Positions 55,433 through 61,700 of a stretch of DNA of 61,700 nucleotides are shown in pieces. Below the pieces are notes generated by a model. The model did no database searches. It had not been told where the DNA came from and worked only from the letters and a program-made list of their open reading frames with translations. How positions within the stretch are numbered: the first letter of the stretch is position 1; every line of letters begins with the position of its first letter. The DNA is from Methanobacteriota archaeon. GTDB lineage: Archaea; Thermoplasmatota; Thermoplasmata; RBG-16-68-12. A program made the translations under genes and the position numbers. Location of the stretch: NCBI GenBank assembly GCA_020029475.1, contig JAIBJG010000013.1, positions 1-61,700 of the forward strand, written 5' to 3'.

Positions 55433-56848
55433 TCACCTCAGGTACACGTTCCGGAGCCGCATCGAGGCCCCGCCCAGGGCCGCGTCCAGCGCCTGCCCCG
55501 GGTCCGACTTCCCGCAGAAGCCCGCGTGGAAGATCTCGAGGTCCTTCCCGACGGCGTCCACGGCCCCCCAGAACGTCGGCGTCGTGAGCTCGATCACGGT
55601 CTTCCGGACGGGGGTCGTCACCTCCCCGTTCTCGATCAGGTACGCCTCCCGGCCGACGTACTTCCCGTTGAACCGCTTGTCGTCGATGTTCCACTCCATG
55701 AAGGACTTCATGTAGACGCCGAACTTCACGCCGGAGATCATCTCCTCGAGGCCCCAGTCCTTTGGCTCGACGAACGTGTTCGCCATCCGGACGATCGCCT
55801 CGACGTTGTACGTCGTCGCCCGGGCGGACCCGTTCGAGCGGGTCCCGAGAATCGCGGCGGTCTCCCGGTTCTGGAGGAACTCGTTGATGATGCCGTCCTT
55901 GTACAGGTACCGCCGGCGGGCCTTCACGCCCTCGTCGTCGTACGCGTAGAACGCGATCCCGTGCTCCATCGTGGGGTCGTCGCACACGTTCACGACGGGA
56001 GAGCCGACCCGCTGCCCGATCGATGCCGGGGTGATGAAGGACTTCCCGGCCTGCGCCGCCTCGCGGCCAAGGACGCGGTCCGCCTCCGTGGGGTGGCCGC
56101 ACGACTCGTGCGCCGCGATCCCGGAGACCTGCGGTCCCGCGACGAGGTCCATCTTCCCCTCCGGGGACTTCTTCCCGTGCTCCAGGGAGTTCTCCATCGA
56201 CTTCGCCTCGTCGATCACCCGCCGCCGCATCTGGAGCTCGTTCAGGGCCTCCCAGCCGCCCGACCACCCGTAGTTCTGGTACGTCTGCTCGACGTTCCCG
56301 TTGTGCGCGACGGTGAGGAAGTAGAACAGCCGGACCCTCGGGGAGAAGGACCGGATCTTCGACCCCTCCGAGTTCACGAAGTACTTGTCGATCTGCTTGT
56401 TCGACTGCTGGAAGTACCGGGCGGGGATCTTGAACTTCAGGTCCTTGAGCTCCCGGTCGATGTGCGTGATCTCCTCGATCTTCTCCTCGACGGGGACGTC
56501 GGAGAGCTTCTTCACTTGGGGGACGGACCAGTTCGTGACGACGGGCTTCTCCGGTGCGAACGAGATCGGGTCCTTCCGGTGGGCCGCCTTCGCGATCTTG
56601 ACGGTGTCCTCCACGAGGGCCTTCACGTCCCCCTTCGTCATCGAGTTCGTCGCGCCGAAGCCGAGGCCGCCGTTCGCGAGGACCCGGACGCCGATCCCGG
56701 CGTCCTCCCCGAAGTACAGGGCGTCGAGGACGGAGTTCTTGAGGATGAAGTCCTCGTTCGTCTGGTGCTCGAACCGCGCCTCCGCGTACGTGGCGCCCTT
56801 CTGTCGCGCGTAGTCCACCGCAAAGTCCACGAGATCGAGGTCCGCCAT
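55433..56848 (-). CDS. tldD: TldD family metalloprotease
   Basis: HESCGHPTEAD (HExxxH-like TldD motif) and the C-terminal YLIENGEV block. Confidence 0.88.
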   Translation of the reverse strand: MADLDLVDFAVDYARQKGATYAEARFEHQTNEDFILKNSVLDALYFGEDAGIGVRVLANGGLGFGATNSMTKGDVKALVEDTVKIAKAAHRKDPISFAPEKPVVTNWSVPQVKKLSDVPVEEKIEEITHIDRELKDLKFKIPARYFQQSNKQIDKYFVNSEGSKIRSFSPRVRLFYFLTVAHNGNVEQTYQNYGWSGGWEALNELQMRRRVIDEAKSMENSLEHGKKSPEGKMDLVAGPQVSGIAAHESCGHPTEADRVLGREAAQAGKSFITPASIGQRVGSPVVNVCDDPTMEHGIAFYAYDDEGVKARRRYLYKDGIINEFLQNRETAAILGTRSNGSARATTYNVEAIVRMANTFVEPKDWGLEEMISGVKFGVYMKSFMEWNIDDKRFNGKYVGREAYLIENGEVTTPVRKTVIELTTPTFWGAVDAVGKDLEIFHAGFCGKSDPGQALDAALGGASMRLRNVYLR

Positions 56849-56933
56849 GTCCTTCCCCCGGGTAGGGCGGGGAATGCTTGCGCCACCATAAAGGCTCAGG
56901 CCCGGCGACGGGCGGTGTCCGCGGGAAGCCCGC

Positions 56934-57236
56934 TCAGCCCTCGACCCGATACCCGCGCTGGGAGAGCCAGGCCTTCACTTCGTCCCGGTGGTCCCCCTGA
57001 AGCTCGATCCAGCCCTTCTTCGCCGTGCCCCCGGTCGCCATCGCCCGCTTCAGCTCCCGGGCCATCTCCTTGAGGGCGCCCGTGTCCTCGAACCCCTCGA
57101 TCCGGGTCACGGCCTTGCCGTATCGCCGCGTATCCATGGAAATCCGCAGGACCGTCTGCTCCGTCTCGAGGTCCTGACAGACGCAGACCTCCTTGGGCAG
57201 GCCGCAGGTATCGCATACCTCACCCGCCAGACGCAT
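56934..57236 (-). CDS. Translation initiation factor aSUI1 (eIF1 homolog)
   Basis: N-terminal CxxC...CxC knuckle plus a SUI1 fold (RISMDTRRYGKAVTRIEG..., GTAKKGWIELQGDHRDEV). Confidence 0.9.
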   Translation of the reverse strand: MRLAGEVCDTCGLPKEVCVCQDLETEQTVLRISMDTRRYGKAVTRIEGFEDTGALKEMARELKRAMATGGTAKKGWIELQGDHRDEVKAWLSQRGYRVEG

Positions 57237-57357
57237 CCCCCCGTCTAGGCTGCGCTCTCCGGGTCCCGGGCCGCGCGCACATGTGTCGGTGCAAGTCCAC
57301 CTTGAAGAAAATCAATGCGGCGCGGGTATATGTAGCCTCGCTCCGGGGGCCCGGAAC

Positions 57358-57365
57358 CTATTTAC
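57358..57365 (+). promoter_or_regulatory. TATA-like box (CTATTTAC) for srp19
   Basis: Centred about 28 nt upstream of the ATG at 57390 (leaderless geometry). Confidence 0.4.
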
Positions 57366-57389
57366 CCCGTATTCCTCTGGGCCGGGGGG

Positions 57390-57677
57390 ATGGCGGAGGA
57401 CCGCCCGATCGTCCTGTACCCGGCGTACTTCGACCTGAAGCGGTCCCGGCAGGAGGGGCGGCGGGTCCCGAAGTCCCTCGCCGTGGACGCGCCCACCGCG
57501 GAGGAAATCGAGAAGGCCGCGAAGGCCCTCGGGCTGAGCCCGAAGGTGGAGCCGGACACGGCGTTTCCCTCGTCCCACTGGCGGAAGGAAGGGCGGGTCC
57601 TCGTGAAGGCGGACTTCTACAAGACGTCCGTGATCCGGAAGGTCGCGGAGCGGATCAAGGGCGCCCGCCAGGCGTAG
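57390..57677 (+). CDS. srp19: Signal recognition particle protein SRP19
   Basis: IVLYPAYFDLKRSRQEGRRVPKSLAV is the SRP19 signature N-terminus. Confidence 0.9.
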   Translation: MAEDRPIVLYPAYFDLKRSRQEGRRVPKSLAVDAPTAEEIEKAAKALGLSPKVEPDTAFPSSHWRKEGRVLVKADFYKTSVIRKVAERIKGARQA

Positions 57678-57679
57678 GC

Positions 57680-57970
57680 TCAGCGGTGCTGGGGGACGCG
57701 GACGTCCTCGACGAGCTTCTTCCCGGCGGAGACGCTGTCCACGGAGTGGATCACGGCCCCGCCCTCCCGCAGGGTCTGCTCGACCTTCTCGAAGTCGATT
57801 GCCGGCCCCTCGATCGTGATCCGGACGCTCTCCGTGTCCTGGTCCACCTCGTCGAGGGTGCAGTTCACGCCTTCGACGCCCTTGATTGTCGTGAGCTTCT
57901 GGCACATCTCGACGATCGACGGTTTGTGAGGCTTCAGGACGTCGAGGACGATCCGCTTGATGTCGCTCAA
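57680..57970 (-). CDS. DUF211-family protein
   Basis: IKRIVLDVLKPHKPSIVEMCQKLTTIKGVEGVNCTLDEVDQDTESVRITIEG matches the small archaeal DUF211 pattern. Confidence 0.8.
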   Translation of the reverse strand: MSDIKRIVLDVLKPHKPSIVEMCQKLTTIKGVEGVNCTLDEVDQDTESVRITIEGPAIDFEKVEQTLREGGAVIHSVDSVSAGKKLVEDVRVPQHR

Positions 57971-58027
57971 AGGGCAGGCCCTCCGGGGAAGGGGGTTCCG
58001 AACCGGGCGTGTGCGTATTAAAGGTTC

Positions 58028-59005
58028 CTAGCGCACGAGGTGGTTCCGGAGCCACGGGTCCGGATCCCCGCCGTCCTCGAACCCCGCGGCCTTCAGGGCG
58101 GGGACCTGGTGGGCGCGGACCGTCGTGCGGAAGCGGGCGACGCGGTGCCGCTTCCCGACGTGGTCCACCGCCGCGGCGACCGCCCGCCGGAGCCAGGGGA
58201 GGTTCCCGAGGGCCGCCATGGGCACCCAGAGGTCGAACTCCGCCTCCCGTTCCGGAAGCCAAGTCGCCACCCGCCCCGTGACCCCGACGGTCGCGAAGTC
58301 GACCCGAAGGAGGGCGCCGAACGGCTTCGAGACCTCCGCGAGGAGACCTGCAGACCACTCGTTCACGAGGTTCCCGATCCGGAACCCGGGCGGCTCCGTG
58401 TGGTCGAGCGCGACGAACTCCTTGAGCTCCGTGTACGAGGGCGCCGTGCTCACGACGGAGTACTCCGGCGGATCCGGCTTCCGACCTGCCTCGAGGTGGA
58501 CAGTCCGGTGCTCGGCGAGGACCGCGTACCCGTCCGCGAGGAGACGGGCCGCGTCCCCGCCCGCGTGGGCGGGCGCAATGTCGAGGCCCCGGAGGTCCCG
58601 GCCGCGGGCCTCCCGCGCCGCCGCGGCGAGGAGGGCGGGCTCGACGTCCCGGGCGACGGCCCGCTTCGCGGTGAGGGTCACGACGCCGAGATACGCGCCC
58701 ATCGGGAGGGGCTCCGCGGAGGGCCACAGCTCCGCGATCCCCGCGAGGGCGCCTCCCCGCTCCGCGGCGAGGACGACGCCGAGCGCGTCGTAGATCCGGT
58801 CGTGGTGGAGGGCGAGGAGCCCCGGGTCCATCCAGGGCCCGCCATGGAGCCACCGCTGGGCGGGGGTGAGGTCCTCGACCTTCGCCTCCTTCCCGCTGGC
58901 AAACGGGTTCTCGAACCAGCGCCCGCCGAACTCGTTGTCCGACACGTGCAGGGCGACGAGGGCGGGGATGTCCTCCTTCGTCGCGGCGCGGACGGTCACG
59001 TCCAC
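58028..59005 (-). CDS. GNAT-like acetyltransferase (possibly tandem GNAT)
   Basis: VRAATKEDIPALVALHV N-terminus and the GIAELW/LGVVTL core. The assignment is moderate. Confidence 0.55.
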   Translation of the reverse strand: MDVTVRAATKEDIPALVALHVSDNEFGGRWFENPFASGKEAKVEDLTPAQRWLHGGPWMDPGLLALHHDRIYDALGVVLAAERGGALAGIAELWPSAEPLPMGAYLGVVTLTAKRAVARDVEPALLAAAAREARGRDLRGLDIAPAHAGGDAARLLADGYAVLAEHRTVHLEAGRKPDPPEYSVVSTAPSYTELKEFVALDHTEPPGFRIGNLVNEWSAGLLAEVSKPFGALLRVDFATVGVTGRVATWLPEREAEFDLWVPMAALGNLPWLRRAVAAAVDHVGKRHRVARFRTTVRAHQVPALKAAGFEDGGDPDPWLRNHLVR

Positions 59006-59009
59006 GGGC

Positions 59010-59774
59010 TCACCGGGTCGTCACCTCGACCCCGCCGTCGTCCACGATCATCGTGTGCTCCGTCTGCGCGACGATCCCGCGGCCCGCGTCGAGGAGGGAC
59101 TCGTACGTCATGATCCGCCCCGCACGGAGGAGCCGGCTGAGGTGCGCGGGGGCCTTCCGGTCCAAGGCGTACGCCCACCGCTCCGCGAACGGGAGCCCCT
59201 TGAACGAGGTGTCGAGCTTCCGGAGGAACTCGTTCACGGCGCCGGGGGCGATCTCCCGGGTGCTCAGGACCCGGTAGATGTTCCCGGACTTCTTCCCCTC
59301 CACCTTCCCCGCCCCGTTCGTCGAGAACGGTTCGATCGCGATCGTGTCCCCCGCCTCGACGACGTCGTCCCCGAGCCCGCCGACGTTCGGGATCGACTTC
59401 CCGGCGTGGAGGTGGTACCGCTCGATCGTGTGGCCCGTGAGGTTCGAGATCGGCTTGAACCCGTAGCTCTCGATCGCCCGTTCGATCGCGGACCCGAGGA
59501 GGCGGGTCGGGGTCTTCGGGCGGCACACCTCGATCGCGGTCTCCAGGGCGACCTCGGAGGCCTTGATCAGGTCCGTCCAGTTCCGGGTGCCGACCTCCAC
59601 GGTCACCGCGGTGTCCGCGATGTACCCGTCCACCTGGGCCCCGAGGTCGAGCTTCACGACGTTCCCCCGCCTCAGGGTGAGCTTGTCGTCCTTGCAGAGG
59701 GCGACGCCGGCCCGGCGGGCATCCGCTGCGACCCGCCCCGCCACCCGGAGATTCTCCCTCGCGCCGTCGTCCAT
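59010..59774 (-). CDS. map: Type 2 (archaeal) methionine aminopeptidase with an N-terminal internal deletion of about 41 aa
   Basis: VVKLDLGAQVDGYIADTAVTV, PISNLTGHTIERYHLHAGKSIPNV, IAIEPF and GIVAQTEHTMIV match archaeal MetAP. The segment containing PAFP...[10 protein letters not shown] is absent (254 aa versus about 295 aa). Confidence 0.8.
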   Translation of the reverse strand: MDDGARENLRVAGRVAADARRAGVALCKDDKLTLRRGNVVKLDLGAQVDGYIADTAVTVEVGTRNWTDLIKASEVALETAIEVCRPKTPTRLLGSAIERAIESYGFKPISNLTGHTIERYHLHAGKSIPNVGGLGDDVVEAGDTIAIEPFSTNGAGKVEGKKSGNIYRVLSTREIAPGAVNEFLRKLDTSFKGLPFAERWAYALDRKAPAHLSRLLRAGRIMTYESLLDAGRGIVAQTEHTMIVDDGGVEVTTR

Positions 59775-60395
59775 CTAGAGGTCCTCGCGTCCTAGGGCGC
59801 CCTCTCTAATGACCTTTGGCGCGTCGCCGCTCGCGTCCACGATGGTGGACTCCTTCCTGAGGGGAGTGGGGCCGCAGTCGATGTACAGGTCCACGGTGTC
59901 CCCGAGCTGTGCCCGGGCGTCCTCGCACGTGACCGGGGAGGGCCCGCCATGGAGATTCGCGCTCGTCGTCGTAATCGGTCCGAACGCCTTCGTGATCGCC
60001 TGGGCGACGGTGTGGTCCGGGACGCGAATCCCAATCAATCCGGTGGAGGAGACGAGAGGAAGGGGGGCCTCCTTCGTGGCCCGGAGGAGGAGGGTGACGG
60101 GACCCGGAAGGTGCTTCGCGATGATCCCCTGCGCGATCCGCGTGACGTGAGCGTACTTCGGAATCTGGTCCGAGATCGTCAGGGCGAGGGCGATCGGTTG
60201 CTCTGCGGGGCGTCGCTTCACCTCGAACACCCGCTCCACAGCGGGGACCTCGAACGGGTCGCAACCGAGGCCATACAGGGTGTCGGTCGGGTACACGATC
60301 AGGTTCCCCTTATCGAGGGCATCGCAGACGGTCTCGTAGTCCTCTCTAGAGAGGACCCATCGACCCGCCTTCATCCGGCCCGGGATTGTCCTCAT
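59775..60395 (-). CDS. sua5: L-threonylcarbamoyladenylate synthase (Sua5/YrdC/TsaC family, YrdC domain only)
   Basis: IVYPTDTLYGLGCDPF, KRRPAEQPIAL, LPGPVTLLL, IGIRVPDH, TTSANLHG. Confidence 0.9.
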   Translation of the reverse strand: MRTIPGRMKAGRWVLSREDYETVCDALDKGNLIVYPTDTLYGLGCDPFEVPAVERVFEVKRRPAEQPIALALTISDQIPKYAHVTRIAQGIIAKHLPGPVTLLLRATKEAPLPLVSSTGLIGIRVPDHTVAQAITKAFGPITTTSANLHGGPSPVTCEDARAQLGDTVDLYIDCGPTPLRKESTIVDASGDAPKVIREGALGREDL

Positions 60396-60504
60396 CCTCG
60401 CGAACTCTCCGCGGTGCCCGGAGGATTCCGCCCTTCCGGCTTAACGATTTGGAACTCCTCGGGAGGATCGGACCGGACGACCCCACAAGCTCGCGTACCA
60501 CCAA

Positions 60505-61071
60505 TTGGATGTGCACGGTCTACCCTCCCGCCCATGGAGGGAACTCGTGCTGAAGAGTGCCCTGATCGTCGCGGCGGTCGTCGTGGTCGGATCCCTCGCT
60601 ATCGTCGCCGTTGCCTTCCATCCCGGCGTGCCCACGCCCGCTCAGCCCCCGTCGGGTCAGGGGGGCGAGAGGTTCGACGTTACGATCCCGACGATTGAGA
60701 TCGCTTGGGCGCGGGTCGGTGGAGACATCGTCATCACCGTGACCCGAGCGGACCCCCCGAAGCCGTTGGATTGCCGCTGGGCGACATGGGTTTTCGACAT
60801 CACCAACGGCAACGCCCTAGGGTTTGGAATCAATCTCACGAACGGAGTGGAACCGCTGGGGCCACCTCCTGGCGGGGGCGTGTGCACTCGGACGGACCCG
60901 GGGCTCGAGTTCTCAGACGCTAATGGGGACCACATGCTCTCAGCGGGGGATCGGTGGGTCCTCCACGACATCCCGGAAGGGACGGAGTGGAATTTAGAAT
61001 TCGTCCTCACCTACTGGGGGATGCAGGACGCTCGATTCCGGTGGGGCGAGCCGGGAACTCAGGCCCCCTAG
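60505..61071 (+). CDS. Hypothetical N-terminally anchored extracytoplasmic protein
   Basis: Single N-terminal hydrophobic helix (KSALIVAAVVVVGSLAIVAVAF) followed by a beta-rich domain. The likely true start is the GTG at 60547 rather than the TTG at 60505. Confidence 0.5.
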   Translation: MDVHGLPSRPWRELVLKSALIVAAVVVVGSLAIVAVAFHPGVPTPAQPPSGQGGERFDVTIPTIEIAWARVGGDIVITVTRADPPKPLDCRWATWVFDITNGNALGFGINLTNGVEPLGPPPGGGVCTRTDPGLEFSDANGDHMLSAGDRWVLHDIPEGTEWNLEFVLTYWGMQDARFRWGEPGTQAP

Positions 61072-61085
61072 TCGCCCGGGGACCG

Positions 61086-61700
61086 TCACGGTCCAAGGGT
61101 GCGTCGGTAGAAGCGGAGAACTCGGTCCCAGGCGTCCAGGGCCGCCTCCTTCCGGTACATCGTCGGGTTCGCGTCGTTGAAGAACGCGTGGCCGGCGTCC
61201 GGGTAGATCCGCATCTCGAAGTCCTTCTTGTGCTCCGCCATCGCCTTCACGAGGTCCCCGAGCCCCGCGTTGATCCGCGTGTCCTCCGCGCCGTACAGGC
61301 CGAGGACGGCCCCGCGGATGTCCTTCACCTTCTCGATGGGGGATGGGTTCTCCCCGTAGAAGACGACGCAGGCCGCGATGTCCGCCTCGCACGCGAGCCG
61401 GAGGGACATCGCCCCGCCGAAGCAGAAGCCCACGGAGCCGACCCGGTCATTTGCGACGACGGGTTGTTCGCGGAGGAACGCGACGGCGGACACGAGGTCC
61501 TTCGCGAGTCGGTCCTTGGGGAGACCGCCGATCAGCATCGCGACCGTCGGAGCGGTGGCCACTCGGTCTTCGATGGGCATCTTCGCGAGCTCCTCCTCCG
61601 CGAGGGCGGGGTCCCGGCGCGGGAGCTTGGAGAGGAGCTGCTGCGCGGCCCGCACCTTCGCGGGCGTGAGGACGGAGGCGAGCTCTGGGCTCCCGAACAG
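61086..61700 (-). CDS. Dienelactone hydrolase family protein (5' end beyond the window)
   Basis: VGSVGFCFGG nucleophile elbow and the C-terminal YPDAGHAF block. The frame stays open upstream of 61655 to the window edge. Confidence 0.8.
   Translation of the reverse strand: MFGSPELASVLTPAKVRAAQQLLSKLPRRDPALAEEELAKMPIEDRVATAPTVAMLIGGLPKDRLAKDLVSAVAFLREQPVVANDRVGSVGFCFGGAMSLRLACEADIAACVVFYGENPSPIEKVKDIRGAVLGLYGAEDTRINAGLGDLVKAMAEHKKDFEMRIYPDAGHAFFNDANPTMYRKEAALDAWDRVLRFYRRTLGP

Noticed and set aside
1-61700. CRISPR arrays, rRNA genes, transposases or integrases, and in-frame TAG (pyrrolysine) or TGA (selenocysteine) recoding
   Set aside because: No regularly spaced direct repeats, no rRNA-like segments and no recombinase-like ORFs were seen. 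No gene appears split by a single in-frame stop. The two split genes are frameshifts, not stop-codon interruptions.

Overview
GC-rich archaeal chromosomal segment (roughly two-thirds G+C by eye, not computed). Archaeal hallmarks are the thermosome, CDC48/VCP, family-B DNA polymerase, aIF2-beta, aSUI1, SRP19, and ribosomal proteins L15e and S8e. A DnaK/DnaJ/GrpE set is also present. The lineage is probably a euryarchaeote of Thermoplasmatota type, but that placement is a weak guess. Most of the window is densely packed housekeeping. It includes a proteostasis-rich stretch (Rqc2/NFACT, HtpX, NfeD-flotillin, CDC48, thermosome-Hsp20-GrpE-DnaK-DnaJ). It also includes NAD(P) metabolism (IMPase-NAD kinase), a UDP-sugar/glycosyltransferase operon, one tRNA-Leu(CAG), several MFS/EamA/TauE transporters, PolB, CTP synthase, phosphopantothenate synthetase, a presenilin-like protease, TldD/PmbA and MetAP/Sua5. 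Many genes have a TATA-like box about 25-30 nt upstream of the start codon, suggesting leaderless mRNAs. Adjacent genes often overlap by ATGA/GTGA/TTGA. The observations most worth follow-up are these. (1) A duplicated cassette of an identical 13-nt promoter core, identical 23-nt spacing and a homologous 30-codon upstream ORF sits in front of two unrelated genes, an MFS transporter and a SHOCT-bactofilin-like protein, with its stop overlapping each downstream start. (2) A membrane-anchored protein carries a collagen-like G-X-Y stalk and six Cys-bracketed blade repeats, and is frameshifted. (3) A 1111-aa multi-zinc-ribbon/HhH/TM protein with a PEF-CTERM-like tail is coupled to a TPR protein. 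(4) A small island of lower GC and atypical codons encodes a DPPY methyltransferase. (5) Several core enzymes carry in-frame losses of catalytic segments (GlmM-like, MetAP) or frameshifts. (6) A DUF1611 P-loop gene is start/stop-overlapped with phosphopantothenate synthetase. No CRISPR array, rRNA, transposase or integrase was seen. The many long R/P/G/D-rich ORFs antisense to real genes are treated as high-GC artefacts.
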